DNA from: an uncultured Rikenellaceae bacterium
GTDB taxonomy: Bacteria > Bacteroidota > Bacteroidia > Bacteroidales > VadinHA17
DNA: 64,000 nt
Direction: 5' to 3'
NCBI GenBank assembly: GCA_964522415.1
Contig: CAZFVQ010000001.1
Coordinates: 131,569 to 195,568, forward strand
Shown: one piece after another, positions 53,759-64,000 of the stretch
How positions within the stretch are numbered: position 1 is the first letter of the stretch
Layout: every line of letters begins with the position of its first letter
The notes under the pieces: generated by a model
The model's database searches: none
What the model saw: the letters and a program-made list of their open reading frames with translations, nothing else
What the model was told of the DNA's origin: nothing
Translations under genes and position numbers: made by a program

Positions 53759-56700
53759 TTATTGCAACCGGAGGGAAGCTTCCGGTTCATCATCCTCAAT
53801 CAGCACTTCATCTTCCTTTTTCATTTCAGGCTTGCTGTTTTTCCTGAACAGGTCGGCAAACTGATTGAAATCTTTTCGGAAGAACAATCCGAATCCCTGG
53901 GTATAGGGGGCTCCTTTTCCCGTATACGGATTATTGAATCTGTTGAAAAATTTGAATCTGATCTTTTCGGTGAGCTTGTATTCAATATCAAAATCACCGG
54001 TAATTTTATCCGATGTGCCGGCAACTTTTTCTGCCCCCCTGACGTCAAAATTCCCGTTTATTGTAACCCTGTCGTTAAGAAGCTGGGTGGACAGTGCCAC
54101 TTCGACCTCCTGTGCATTTATGTCCTTGTATCCAGGACGGTAAACGAATCCTATATCAAAATCATTGCTGATCTGCGACAGCCAGTTGCTTAACTGGTGT
54201 GACAGCATCTCGGTGGTTGTCACGGCCATTGCGGAAGTACCGGTGGTCCCCGTTCCTGCAGTTACCGATCCCCCGCCGGCAACTGATGAACGGACAGGAT
54301 CGGAATAGAAACTGTTCATGACAAGGAGATAGAGGAACTGGCGGCTCAGTTCCTCATCTGTGGTTATCACGTTTCTCAGGTAGGCTCTTCTTTCTTCATC
54401 TGCAGAAGGAAGATCGATGTTGAATCCCACGACAGGATTGAAAAGCTTACCGGAAAGCAGGATCTGGCACTCAACGGGAATCCTTTCATTGAATCTGTCA
54501 TCCTGAAGTATCTCGAAAAGGGATGCCTTAAGCCTGTAACTGGCCTTAAGATCAATTTCTGCATTGTCGATATTTCCGCTGAAACTGACTTTTCCGCCAT
54601 TTTCGACATTGAAGGGCTTGTTCATGACATTTCCCAGAGTGAACAGGTAATCGCCGTTATCGATGGCGTAATCACCGGAAATTCCGAGGTTGCCTTTCCG
54701 GTCGAGGTTGATATTCAGATTTCCCGAGCCCCGGCCCCTGATTACATCACCCACCTTTTCGTCAAAAATCAGCTGTATTTCCGCATCAGGAGTGACATCC
54801 AGATCAAAATTAAGCTCAATAGTGCTCCCGGCAGGAGCAATGGCTGTAACAGCCTCCGGAAATGATGATGAATCTCCTGATTCTCCCGGAGTAACGAAAC
54901 TTACAAATGAATAGTCGGTAAGTGTTTCACCTGTGTTGAGCGGCATGTAAAACCTGGTATTCCTTCCCGTTGTGGCCGAGATGTCGAAGGATATCAGATT
55001 CTGGCCGGTTTTTATAGTAACTATGCCGGTGGCAAAGGCTGTCCCGTAAAAATCCTCATTATCTCTGGCCCTGGTGTTAATAACCATGAAATCATTGAAA
55101 CTGACCGCAATGTCGGCATTGAAATCCTTGAAGTGATTATGAAACACTTTTCCGTTGAGCATTGCAGTATTGCCCCTCTCGTCAGAAAGCTTTAAATCCC
55201 TGAAGATTATATTATTGTTATCAAAGCGTACCGAGTCATCCAGTTTATACCTGGTTTGCAGATAATCAATTGTCATTGAAGTATTCTCAGCCAGAAGTGA
55301 ACCCTTCATGACCAGCTTGTTCAGTTCTCCTGAAATCCTGACTTTACCACTGGCAGATCCGGAAATATCCGAAGCAAATGTGCTCAGAAGGGGATTCAGG
55401 GCATCTACGGGAAGCTTCTCGGTTAATGCGGTCAGATCAAGCATCCTGAGCTGGGGATTGTAGTAGCCTTTTACATCAAGCATCTTTTTCCCGCTGAGAT
55501 TGTTTCCTGCACGTATTTCTGCCACCTTTCCCTCATTGTTCCATGCAGAATTCAGGGTCAGCGTACCATATTCGCCTCTTAATATTGAAAATCCGTTGAT
55601 CCGGAGATCTCCTTCGGCAAGAGGATTCCTGTAGACATCTGTCAGGAGGATTTTTCCGCTCAGCTCTCCCTTCAGATCCAGTGATAATTTTTCCCTGTTA
55701 TCTTTCCCGCCGATCAGGGAGTTGAGAGGGGAGATGTCAATGTTTTTAAATTCAAGCCTGAGGCTGTCTTCCCGGTTTCTGGACAGGGTTCCATCAATCA
55801 GATAGTAACTGCTCTCATTGTGTATCAACAGATTGTTAATGTTTACCATGTTTGAATCGAGAAGAATTGTTGAATGATTTATTTTCCACTGATTGTCCTG
55901 ATTGATGATATCGGATGAAGCAATGTCGATCAGCATTACAGGCCCGGTTTCTTCACCGGCTTCTTTCATTGATATGCCCCGGGCAGTAAAACTTCCGGTG
56001 CCGGATGACCGGGAATCATCATCGCCCCAGTTGAGACTGAATATAAAATTATCGGGTTTTGTGCTGAAGTCAGCTGAAAAATCCCTCAGGTCAGAGTGAC
56101 CGAGAAAATTGAGGGATGAACTCCTGAGGCCTGTTCCGAAGAGGAGGGGAGAATAATCAATGTCAATCACCAGGTCACTGAAAGTATTGCCCCTGAAGGC
56201 CAGATTCCTGGAAAGAAGTTTTACATGTGCGGCCGTATCGGCAATTATTTCCCCTTTAATAGTGCTTTTATCAGCAATCAGTAGTCCGGTGCGTAAGAAA
56301 TCGTTGATATTATCAGTTTTTTTGAAACTGACAGCAAATGCAAGTGTGTCCCTGACAAACCCGGTTTGCATTTCAGGTCTGTCGTATCTGGAAGGCATCA
56401 GTCTTGCCATTGCAGACCCGACAAATGACATAAGTCCTGCCGGATTAAAGTAGCCTTTCAGGTCAGCATCCAGATAATCGGTTCTCAGACTTATTGAGGG
56501 TTGATTGTTATCCATGAATGACCTGAGGGAGAAATCGTACATTTCCAGCGTATTACCGTATTTCCTGAGGCTTGAATTAAGAAGTTTTACTTCGCCTTCG
56601 AGATTTTCGTCAATCTTTCCCCTGAAATTTGCTGTCAGAAGCATTGAAGCAGCTGATGTAGTGTCAGATTTATCAAGATGAAGCTTGTACAGATCTGCTT

Positions 56701-58282
56701 TGGCCAGGTTAAGGGTGAAATCAAATTCCGGAAGTTCTCTGCTGAAATTCAGCATTCCCAGCATGTCCAGTTTAATATTGTCATCTGCTGTCCTTATGCT
56801 GCCATCCCATGTTTTGTCATTGATTAACCCGTTGAGAGAAATATTCCTGTATTTATAGTTGTTTATTTCAACACTGTCGATCAGTCCGTTTATTTCACCC
56901 GAGAATTTTTGGAAGGAATATGTATACAGGTCTACATCTGCCTTAATGCTGAGATCTCCCAGCATATCCCTGTTGCCCGTGATTTCTCCCAGGTCAATAC
57001 CGTTGCCTGTTACCAGACCCTTGATCTTGAACTGGTTCTTTCCTTCGGGTCTCAGTGAGATATCTGTATTCAGGTTTCCTGCTTCCGATTCAAACTTTCC
57101 ATAGGCAACAAAATCCGTGGTAAATCCGGTGAAGCTCCCGTTAAACGATATTAACCCCATTCTGTCAAAATATTCAGGAAGCTTCAGTGTTTTTCCTCCC
57201 GGCATTCTGATACTTTTAATGTCGTCAGCACTTGAATTAAGCTGATGAACACCCAGGTAAATGAATGAATTCATTATGTCCGGAAGACCGGACAGGTCGA
57301 AATCACAATCCAGCATCGTTTCTTTTCCTGAACTGAGTTTTATATCGCGGCCTCTGAGCTCTGCTATTGTGCCGAAAATTCTTCCATGGATATTTACATT
57401 TTCATGTATCCCGTTTACCGGAGCAAGAAAGTGCTGCAGGTCGGAAGTATATACCACTGATTTGTCCAGCTGGATATCCAGGTTCACATTATTGATGAAA
57501 TTGTTGAAATTTCCGCCTGAATCGGGTTTGAGTTCAGCCAGGGGGATGTTGAGAACACTGCTGTCGCAGTTGATAAATGCCGATGTGAATATGATATTCC
57601 TGTCAGCAACTGCAAAATCACTTGACATTTTCCGGACCCTGAAACCTCCTGATTCCTGAAAGGACAGATCATGGACGCTGAATGAAGTTGTATCCTTCCT
57701 TATTGAAAAATCTTCAAGGATTCCGTTCAGGCTGCCCAGCTGAAGCCTGTTGAAATCAATGGTATTGTTCTCCCTGCTTCCGGCGCTAAGGTTAATGAGT
57801 GAAAAGGAGCCGTCCCTGATATCTGCATGGTTTATCATGAGGGCAAAAGGCTGTTCCGAAGGTTTTCCGGTCCCCCTTTTCAGAAGGCCCAGATACCACT
57901 GAAGATTTCCGACTCCAGCTGTATCCGTGATCAGGGAGAATACCGGATTCTGGATCAACACCCTGCCAAGGGTGTATTCATTCCGGTCGGTGTTTATTCT
58001 TCTGATAGTGGCAGACAGCTTCTTTGCATAAATCAGCGTGTCATCATTTTTGTCCTTGATCAGAACATCATCCATACTGAGCCTGTTAAAAAATATGAAT
58101 TCCGTCTTGCCGACTGATATTGTCGATCTGAGCTCCTGGGATAAATGTCTGGTGATCCGTTTGATAATGAGTGTCTGTATTTCCGGATGTCTGAGAACAG
58201 GATAAAGCAGTGCAGGGATCATTATGAGGATCCCAAAAAAAATCAAAAGAAATCTTAATGTCCTGTTAACGGCTCTTATCAT
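53759..58282 (-). CDS. tamB: Translocation and assembly module protein TamB-like (DUF490 C-terminus)
   Basis: 1507 aa with an N-terminal TM anchor, a very long beta-rich body and a TamB-type C-terminal region. It lies divergent from tsaD. Confidence 0.8.
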   Translation of the reverse strand: MIRAVNRTLRFLLIFFGILIMIPALLYPVLRHPEIQTLIIKRITRHLSQELRSTISVGKTEFIFFNRLSMDDVLIKDKNDDTLIYAKKLSATIRRINTDRNEYTLGRVLIQNPVFSLITDTAGVGNLQWYLGLLKRGTGKPSEQPFALMINHADIRDGSFSLINLSAGSRENNTIDFNRLQLGSLNGILEDFSIRKDTTSFSVHDLSFQESGGFRVRKMSSDFAVADRNIIFTSAFINCDSSVLNIPLAELKPDSGGNFNNFINNVNLDIQLDKSVVYTSDLQHFLAPVNGIHENVNIHGRIFGTIAELRGRDIKLSSGKETMLDCDFDLSGLPDIMNSFIYLGVHQLNSSADDIKSIRMPGGKTLKLPEYFDRMGLISFNGSFTGFTTDFVAYGKFESEAGNLNTDISLRPEGKNQFKIKGLVTGNGIDLGEITGNRDMLGDLSIKADVDLYTYSFQKFSGEINGLIDSVEINNYKYRNISLNGLINDKTWDGSIRTADDNIKLDMLGMLNFSRELPEFDFTLNLAKADLYKLHLDKSDTTSAASMLLTANFRGKIDENLEGEVKLLNSSLRKYGNTLEMYDFSLRSFMDNNQPSISLRTDYLDADLKGYFNPAGLMSFVGSAMARLMPSRYDRPEMQTGFVRDTLAFAVSFKKTDNINDFLRTGLLIADKSTIKGEIIADTAAHVKLLSRNLAFRGNTFSDLVIDIDYSPLLFGTGLRSSSLNFLGHSDLRDFSADFSTKPDNFIFSLNWGDDDSRSSGTGSFTARGISMKEAGEETGPVMLIDIASSDIINQDNQWKINHSTILLDSNMVNINNLLIHNESSYYLIDGTLSRNREDSLRLEFKNIDISPLNSLIGGKDNREKLSLDLKGELSGKILLTDVYRNPLAEGDLRINGFSILRGEYGTLTLNSAWNNEGKVAEIRAGNNLSGKKMLDVKGYYNPQLRMLDLTALTEKLPVDALNPLLSTFASDISGSASGKVRISGELNKLVMKGSLLAENTSMTIDYLQTRYKLDDSVRFDNNNIIFRDLKLSDERGNTAMLNGKVFHNHFKDFNADIAVSFNDFMVINTRARDNEDFYGTAFATGIVTIKTGQNLISFDISATTGRNTRFYMPLNTGETLTDYSFVSFVTPGESGDSSSFPEAVTAIAPAGSTIELNFDLDVTPDAEIQLIFDEKVGDVIRGRGSGNLNINLDRKGNLGISGDYAIDNGDYLFTLGNVMNKPFNVENGGKVSFSGNIDNAEIDLKASYRLKASLFEILQDDRFNERIPVECQILLSGKLFNPVVGFNIDLPSADEERRAYLRNVITTDEELSRQFLYLLVMNSFYSDPVRSSVAGGGSVTAGTGTTGTSAMAVTTTEMLSHQLSNWLSQISNDFDIGFVYRPGYKDINAQEVEVALSTQLLNDRVTINGNFDVRGAEKVAGTSDKITGDFDIEYKLTEKIRFKFFNRFNNPYTGKGAPYTQGFGLFFRKDFNQFADLFRKNSKPEMKKEDEVLIEDDEPEASLRLQ

Positions 58283-58475
58283 GTGTTTTACCCTGTCCTG
58301 TCCAAAATATCAAGCACTTTCAGTGCATAAAGATACTAAAGAGTGAAGAAAATATATCATTCATAATATTGTACAGCAAAGATTGTGCAGTATTTTACGA
58401 ATGGATTGCCGAAAAGAAAAAATTTATATATTCGGATCATAAAAAGGGATTCATCCCATATGTGTCGCGGTTGAA

Positions 58476-59489
58476 ATGGAAGTAACGATACTGGCAATAG
58501 AATCATCATGTGACGATACCTCGGCTGCTGTTGTAAGGGACGCTTATGTTCTGTCGAATCTGATAGCAGGGCAGGAGGTTCACCGTTTATATGGCGGAGT
58601 TGTTCCTGAACTTGCATCAAGGGCTCACCAGGTAAATATAGTTCCTGTTGTTGATCAGGCACTTAAGAGAGCCGGGACAAATATTCATGAAATTAGTGCT
58701 CTTGCCTTTACACGGGGACCCGGCCTTCTGGGTTCTCTGCTTGTGGGAGCCTCTTTTGCCAAGGGATTTGCCCTTGCCCGTAAGATACCCCTTATTGAGG
58801 TCAATCATCTGCAGGCACATGTACTTGTTCATTTCATTAAAAGGGAGGGAGAAAAAACCTCTGTTCCCGGATTCCCTTTTTTATGTCTTCTGGTTTCCGG
58901 GGGTCATACCGGAATAATGCTTTTAAAGAACCATCTTGAGATGGAAAGTCTGGGTAATACAATAGATGATGCTGCGGGTGAGGCATTTGACAAGTGCGGC
59001 AAGCTGATGGGCCTTCCATATCCGGCAGGACCGGAAATAGACAGGCTGGCATTACAGGGTAATAAAAGTGCTTTCAGATTTTCCAGACCTTCAGTTCCGG
59101 GCCTGAATTTCAGTTTCAGCGGACTTAAAACAAGTTTCCTGTATTTCCTTCGTGACAGACTGAAGGAGGATCCTGATTTCATTGCCAAAAACAAGGCAGA
59201 TCTGTGTGCATCGCTGCAATCAACTATTGTAGGCATTCTGATTGAAAAGCTTGTCAGCGCCTCGCTCCAAACGGGTATAAGGGAGATCGGTATCGCCGGA
59301 GGAGTTTCCGCCAATTCAGGTCTGAGAACCAGGGTGTTGGAAGAAGCCCGTGAAAGGAACTGGAATCTTTTTATTCCTGAACCCGGATTGACGACCGATA
59401 ATGCTGCAATGATTGGGATTACCGGTTATTATAAGTATCTTGGAAAGGAATTTACAGGCCAGGACATTGCCCCGCAGGCAAGGCTTTGA
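58476..59489 (+). CDS. tsaD: tRNA N6-adenosine threonylcarbamoyltransferase TsaD
   Basis: ILAIESSCDDTSAAV, NHLQAH and LLVSGGHT blocks. Confidence 0.95.
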   Translation: MEVTILAIESSCDDTSAAVVRDAYVLSNLIAGQEVHRLYGGVVPELASRAHQVNIVPVVDQALKRAGTNIHEISALAFTRGPGLLGSLLVGASFAKGFALARKIPLIEVNHLQAHVLVHFIKREGEKTSVPGFPFLCLLVSGGHTGIMLLKNHLEMESLGNTIDDAAGEAFDKCGKLMGLPYPAGPEIDRLALQGNKSAFRFSRPSVPGLNFSFSGLKTSFLYFLRDRLKEDPDFIAKNKADLCASLQSTIVGILIEKLVSASLQTGIREIGIAGGVSANSGLRTRVLEEARERNWNLFIPEPGLTTDNAAMIGITGYYKYLGKEFTGQDIAPQARL

Positions 59490-59507
59490 TTTATTATTAT
59501 AAATAGT

Positions 59508-60563
59508 ATGCTTGGAAAAGATTTGTCAATTCTGGTAATTGGTGCCGGAGCAATAGGGGGTATCACTGCCGCATTCCTGAAAAAAAGCGGATACAATGTT
59601 GAAATCATCAGTAAATATGAAGATTATGCCGCACAGATACGTGAACAGGGTATTGAAATCAGCGGGATCTCGGGCAGCTTCATTGTAACGGTTCCTGCCT
59701 GTGCATCGGTTGAAGAACTTAAGGAAAAGAAAGATCTTGTGCTTCATGCCACCAAGGTTACAGATATGATTGAAGCTGCACGCTCAGTACTGCCGGTTCT
59801 CAGTGAAAACGGATATCTGGTATCAATGCAGAACGGAATTTGTGAGGATGAACTCGCCGGAATAGTTGGCCGGGAAAGGATTATAGGATGTGTGACTGGC
59901 TGGGGTGCCACAATGGAAAGCCGGGGCAGACTGGTGATGACCTCCACGGGAGATTTCATTCTGGGTTATCCGGCCAGGGAAGCGGATGATGATCTGAAAA
60001 CTGTAGCGGATGTCCTTTCCGCTGTCGTTCCTGTAAGGATAAGCAATAATATAATGGGACATCTTTATTCAAAGCTGATAATAAATGCAAACATAACATC
60101 ACTCGGGGTCATTTGCGGTCTGGGTCTGGGTAAAATGCTCTCAGTAAAAAAGATCAGGAAAATTTTCATAGAAATAATCCGCGAAGCAGTTACCCTGGCT
60201 GATAAAATGGATATAAAAATTGAAGTTTTTGGCGGCAGGCTCGATTTCAGGAAGTTTATCAGCGGTGACAGTCTGCTTTCTGATTTCCGGAGACACCTGA
60301 TGATAAGAATCATCGGGTTCAAATACAGGAGACTTAAATCATCAAGCCTTCAGTCTTTTGAGAGGGGAAAACCTACAGAGGTTGATTTTCTGAATGGGTA
60401 TATTGTAAGAAATGCAGAAAAACTGGGAGTGGATGTGCCGGTAAACAGTGCAATACTCAGTATGATACATGAGATTGAACAGGGAAAGAGAAAAGTATCC
60501 CCGGATAATTTTGAGAGCCCTGTATTTGACAGGTTTAATAATCGCTTATTAAAAACAAGCTGA
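59508..60563 (+). CDS. Ketopantoate reductase (PanE/ApbA) family oxidoreductase
   Basis: N-terminal Rossmann ILVIGAGAIGG and a C-terminal ApbA-type block (SSLQSFERGKPTEVDFLNGYIV). Confidence 0.75.
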   Translation: MLGKDLSILVIGAGAIGGITAAFLKKSGYNVEIISKYEDYAAQIREQGIEISGISGSFIVTVPACASVEELKEKKDLVLHATKVTDMIEAARSVLPVLSENGYLVSMQNGICEDELAGIVGRERIIGCVTGWGATMESRGRLVMTSTGDFILGYPAREADDDLKTVADVLSAVVPVRISNNIMGHLYSKLIINANITSLGVICGLGLGKMLSVKKIRKIFIEIIREAVTLADKMDIKIEVFGGRLDFRKFISGDSLLSDFRRHLMIRIIGFKYRRLKSSSLQSFERGKPTEVDFLNGYIVRNAEKLGVDVPVNSAILSMIHEIEQGKRKVSPDNFESPVFDRFNNRLLKTS

Positions 60564-60588
60564 TAATTTTCCGGATAAATAATTACAG

Positions 60589-60963
60589 ATGAAGGAGCTG
60601 AAAATTCCTCTCACCAAGACTTCTCCCGAAATAATTTTATCGCCGGATGGTCTGATAAAAATCAGGGGACGTTCCATTCATGAAAATGTTGGCGAGTTTT
60701 ATTCCTCGGTCGAGCAGTGGATGAACGAATATATCAACACACCCGCTGATATAACCTGCGTGGAAATGAATCTTGAGTATTTCAACAGTGCCAGTGCAAA
60801 GATTTTTATCCATCTTCTTGAAAAGATCAAGCGTGTGACCCTAAAGAACAAAAAATATGTGGTTAACTGGTATTATGAGGAAGGTGATGAGGATATCCTT
60901 GAACGTGGTGAATATTTTTCCTCGGTCCTTGACATACCCTTCAACTTCTTTATGATAAGCTGA
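60589..60963 (+). CDS. DUF1987 (SiaC-like) domain protein
   Basis: 124 aa with the pattern ...PEIILSPDGLIKIRGRSIHENVGEFY ... LEYFNSASAKIF ... VNWYYEEGDEDILE, as I recall for DUF1987; not verified by search. Confidence 0.6.
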   Translation: MKELKIPLTKTSPEIILSPDGLIKIRGRSIHENVGEFYSSVEQWMNEYINTPADITCVEMNLEYFNSASAKIFIHLLEKIKRVTLKNKKYVVNWYYEEGDEDILERGEYFSSVLDIPFNFFMIS

Positions 60964-61022
60964 TTTTCCGGCTATGCTGTTTCCACCGCCAGGCTTATAC
61001 TCCGGTAAAGGCAGGCTTCATT

Positions 61023-61583
61023 TCAGCGTTTGTATTTTTTCCTGTGCTTTTTTGTGTTGTCAAGATATACCTTTAGAAAAACAAGGCTGGCAATCAGAAA
61101 AACTAGTCCGAGAAAAAGGAGTAATATGAAGATTATAACCGGATTGTCCTGTTCAGGTACCGGGTATTTCAGTTTAGTTATAAATCCGAGAATTGTAAAA
61201 GCGATTATCATTAGTGATAAAATCAGTCCGAAGATAATCCTGGTCAGGTCGAAAATCCGGGTAGTCCGGTAAAGCCGGGAATTTCTGAACTGTCTGTACG
61301 ATTTATATGCATGTGCCCTTGCACGTTGTCTTGATAAATCCTGCATGGATCTTTTCCATTCTTCAAGAGCAACTGAAAAGGCATGGTCAGTTCTCAGTCT
61401 GTCAAAATTCCCGATCAGGAATTCATAGGCTTCGGTAATCAGTATGAAATTTTCCCTGGCGTCAGGGGAATTATTGAGATCGGGATGAAACATCCGGGCC
61501 TTTTGCCTGTATGCTTTTTTTATTTCTGGAATTGAAGCATCAGTGTTCAAACCAAGCACTTTGAAATATTCCGGATAATTCAT
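61023..61583 (-). CDS. J-domain (DnaJ-like) membrane protein
   Basis: J domain YFKVLGLNTDASIPEIKKAYRQKARMFHPDLN followed by two C-terminal TM helices. Confidence 0.8.
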   Translation of the reverse strand: MNYPEYFKVLGLNTDASIPEIKKAYRQKARMFHPDLNNSPDARENFILITEAYEFLIGNFDRLRTDHAFSVALEEWKRSMQDLSRQRARAHAYKSYRQFRNSRLYRTTRIFDLTRIIFGLILSLMIIAFTILGFITKLKYPVPEQDNPVIIFILLLFLGLVFLIASLVFLKVYLDNTKKHRKKYKR

Positions 61584-61796
61584 TTAATTCCTGTTACTTC
61601 CCCTTATTTCCTGTTGATTCCCCATAATTCCCTTCGATATCAATCTTACACAATTAACGAATTATTTCAGTGATTGACCAGGTAAACATTTATTATATTC
61701 ATATAATTTAATACTTCGTTCATGAGTTTGTTGCCGGCAGAATGCTCAGCGGTTTTCAGCAGATGGAGAAACAATTGAGCCGGAAGCTGGGTTTAT

Positions 61797-62369
61797 TCAG
61801 ATTATACCTGTGAAGCCCATAAATGCAAGTGCCAGTATTCCTGCCGTTACCAGGGAGACGGGTACCCCTTTCATCCCTTCCGGCACATTCACAAGATCGA
61901 GCTGTTCCCTTATCCCGGCAAGTATAACCAGGGCGAGACCGAAACCTATTGCTGTTGCAGCACTGTAAACAACTGATTCAAGAAGATTATAATTGTTTTT
62001 AATGACAAGGATGGCTACACCCAAAACAGCGCAATTGGTTGTTATAAGAGGAAGGAATATTCCCAGTGCCTGATACAGCGGCTGACTTATTTTCTTAAGA
62101 ATTATTTCAACCATCTGGACAAGAAAGGCAATAATGAGAATGTATGTGATGGTCTGCATAAAAGCTATACCCAGTTTTTCAAGAACATATGTCTGAATGA
62201 GATAGGTGACCATAGTAGCAAGAACCATCACGAAAGTAACGGCACCTGTCATTCCCACCGCCGTATTGACCTTGTTTGAGACGCCCAGGAAAGGGCATAC
62301 CCCAAGGAACTGGGCAAGTACGATGTTGTTGATGAATATGGCGGATATGATTATTAAGATGTACTCCAT
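61797..62369 (-). CDS. rnfA: Rnf electron transport complex subunit A
   Basis: FINNIVLAQFLGVCPFLGVS N-terminal block; 190 aa polytopic protein. Confidence 0.85.
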   Translation of the reverse strand: MEYILIIISAIFINNIVLAQFLGVCPFLGVSNKVNTAVGMTGAVTFVMVLATMVTYLIQTYVLEKLGIAFMQTITYILIIAFLVQMVEIILKKISQPLYQALGIFLPLITTNCAVLGVAILVIKNNYNLLESVVYSAATAIGFGLALVILAGIREQLDLVNVPEGMKGVPVSLVTAGILALAFMGFTGII

Positions 62370-62374
62370 GGTTT

Positions 62375-62962
62375 TTATTTTGAAGTTTTCCTGATTTTGT
62401 TGACTAGTGCTATCATGTATCCGAGGGCAATAAAGGCACCGGGAGCAAGAATGAAAACAAGTATTCCGTCACTTTCCATGAATTTATAACCGAAAATTGC
62501 CCCGCTGCCCAGTATTTCCCTTACGGCTCCCAGCAATCCGAGAGCCATGGTATAACCGAGTCCCATCCCGGCACCATCAATAAATGATGGAAGTATCCTG
62601 TTCTTGCTGGCAAATGCTTCAGCCCTGCCCAGAACGATGCAGTTGACAACTATAAGGGGAATGAATATTCCGAGAGCCTGGTAGAGATCCGGAACATAGG
62701 CCTGCATGATAAGGTCGACAATGGTCACAAAAGAGGCGATGATAACAATGAATGCCGGTATCCTTACCTTATCGGGTATCAGGTCAGACAGCAGGGATAT
62801 GGCCACATTTGAACAGATCAGTACAAAGGTTGTGGCGATTCCCATCCCCAGACCATTAAGGGATGAAGTGGTGGTTGCCAGGGAGGGGCAGGTGCCCAGC
62901 ACCAGGACCAGCAATGGGTTTTCCCTGATAAAACCTTTGGTGAAATTTTGTAACTGGCTCAT
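62375..62962 (-). CDS. rnfE: Rnf electron transport complex subunit E
   Basis: [19 protein letters not shown] block, paralogous to RnfA; 195 aa. Confidence 0.85.
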   Translation of the reverse strand: MSQLQNFTKGFIRENPLLVLVLGTCPSLATTTSSLNGLGMGIATTFVLICSNVAISLLSDLIPDKVRIPAFIVIIASFVTIVDLIMQAYVPDLYQALGIFIPLIVVNCIVLGRAEAFASKNRILPSFIDGAGMGLGYTMALGLLGAVREILGSGAIFGYKFMESDGILVFILAPGAFIALGYMIALVNKIRKTSK

Positions 62963-63534
62963 TGAAGATCTCCTTTCTCTAATGTGTTATAAGCACGTTG
63001 AACAGCTTCGCAAAATGCCCGTGAACTGATAGTTGCAGCAGTGATGGCATCAATGTTGCCACCGTCTTTTTTTACTTTTAATATTGATTCCCCGGGATTT
63101 CTGCCGGTAAATTGTTCTTTGAAAGCGGGTTCTGTCATTTTTGTTCCCAGACCGGGAGTCTCTTTATGCTCAAGGACAGATATGCCGGTGATTGAACCAT
63201 CGGGTCTGAATCCGGCCATTATTGAAAAATAACCGCTGAATCCGTTATTGGTATAGGAATTGACTGCATATCCCACTGTTTCCCCGTTGTTTTTTGCCGG
63301 ATATATCTCAAGACTGTCCCCTTCGCCGGTGGCCAGCCTGAACATTTCATCATTCGGATTATTGGTGAATTCCGGAACAACCTCCCTGATGGCTTTCAGC
63401 TTCTTGTTAAGTATTGAAAGGGCAATGGGTTCCTTTGTGAGTTCATACACAAAACCCAGTCCTGCCGCACTTACCACAGCGATCAGGGTAAGTGAAAGTA
63501 TCATGTTTTTCAGTGTGGATTCCGATTTAGCCAT
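62959..63534 (-). CDS. rnfG: Rnf electron transport complex subunit G (FMN-binding)
   Basis: N-terminal TM and an FMN-attachment block [14 protein letters not shown]; 4-nt overlap with rnfE. Confidence 0.85.
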   Translation of the reverse strand: MAKSESTLKNMILSLTLIAVVSAAGLGFVYELTKEPIALSILNKKLKAIREVVPEFTNNPNDEMFRLATGEGDSLEIYPAKNNGETVGYAVNSYTNNGFSGYFSIMAGFRPDGSITGISVLEHKETPGLGTKMTEPAFKEQFTGRNPGESILKVKKDGGNIDAITAATISSRAFCEAVQRAYNTLEKGDLQ

Positions 63535-64000
63535 TTTTCATCTCCTCCCCGAATCGTTTTGGTTTGATATATGTGTTCATTAGGGGTACAAATGCGTTCA
63601 TTATCAGAATTGCAAATGATACTCCTTCGGGATATGCCCCCCATATTCTGATCACCGAGGTCAGCAGGCCTATTCCGCAGCCATAGATGAGCATGGCTTT
63701 GGGATTCATGGGTGAAGTAACATAGTCGGTGGCCATGTATATTGCCCCGAGGAGAACCCCTCCCGTGAGAATGTGAAACAGCGGGTCTGCATATTTTTCG
63801 GGATTGATGAACCAGAAAATCCCGGTGAAAACAACTATTGTCAGAATAATGGATACCGGAATATGCCAGGTTATAATCTTTTTATACAGCAGCCATATAA
63901 AACCCAGTATGAGGAAAAAGGCAGCCACTTCACCCATTGAGCCCCCGATATCGCCAAAGAACATCTGTGCGGGCGGGGGTATTTGTGACATAAGTTGTGA
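63527..64000 (-). CDS. rnfD: Rnf electron transport complex subunit D; N-terminal part lies beyond the window edge
   Basis: Polytopic RnfD/NqrB-like C-terminal half (ATDYVTSP FMN-Thr block). The frame is still open at nt 64000, so the listed ATG at 63991 is probably internal. Confidence 0.8.
   Translation of the reverse strand, partial: SQLMSQIPPPAQMFFGDIGGSMGEVAAFFLILGFIWLLYKKIITWHIPVSIILTIVVFTGIFWFINPEKYADPLFHILTGGVLLGAIYMATDYVTSPMNPKAMLIYGCGIGLLTSVIRIWGAYPEGVSFAILIMNAFVPLMNTYIKPKRFGEEMKNG

Noticed and set aside
53732-53785. Two similar 18-nt hairpin-forming segments (ccggaggaaagcttctgg and ccggagggaagcttccgg) 36 nt apart, straddling the tamB stop codon.
   Set aside because: In the tamB-sense RNA the stems contain A-C mismatches and are not followed by a U-run. 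One copy lies in coding sequence. The evidence is too weak to call a terminator or regulatory site.

Overview
This window looks like a densely coding chromosomal segment from a Bacteroidota bacterium with anaerobe-style metabolism. I count about 55 protein genes and see no tRNA, rRNA, CRISPR array, IS element or prophage. All product calls come from reading family motifs in the supplied translations; no database search was run.

The phylum call rests on:
- two cargo proteins with T9SS type-B (gliding-motility) C-terminal sorting domains;
- repeated TAnnTTTG -7 promoter motifs and no Shine-Dalgarno sequences;
- the relA/spoT-fur-purA and tamB/tsaD neighbourhoods;
- an rnfDGEA string.

Gene content, in order:
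- **PEP/pyruvate node:** GTP-PEPCK, PPDK and pyruvate kinase.
- **Shikimate genes:** aroQ, aroB, aroC.
- **Housekeeping:** plsY, xerD, nth, tilS, proS, purA, glyA, tsaD, pepD, an acyl-CoA ligase.
- **Regulation and signalling:** relA/spoT, a fur-family regulator, a PAS/GAF hybrid histidine kinase, an orphan receiver.
- **Envelope:** exbB-exbD-tonB, tamB, several outer-membrane barrels.

The window is mostly ordinary core genome. These features are not ordinary:
1. A larB-larE-larC cluster (nickel-pincer cofactor synthesis) has no larA anywhere in the window. It is divergently paired with a Tat-exported DUF362 protein, a membrane polyferredoxin, a VOC epimerase-like protein and a rubredoxin. 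The DUF362 protein carries a His/His/Lys/His spacing reminiscent of the LarA cofactor site.
2. A roughly 100-nt leader, about 90 percent identical between copies, abuts the start codons of both larC and purA. The differences between copies are pairing-compatible.
3. The Fur-family regulator has a 90-residue tail with 4-residue periodicity, acidic then Lys-rich.
4. A lipoprotein with an extreme Tyr/Gly block and a Ser/Arg tail sits next to a FadL-like barrel.
5. A 150-nt tract upstream of proS contains a single A and holds a perfect 41-nt direct repeat.
6. A C9 homopolymer lies inside nth.
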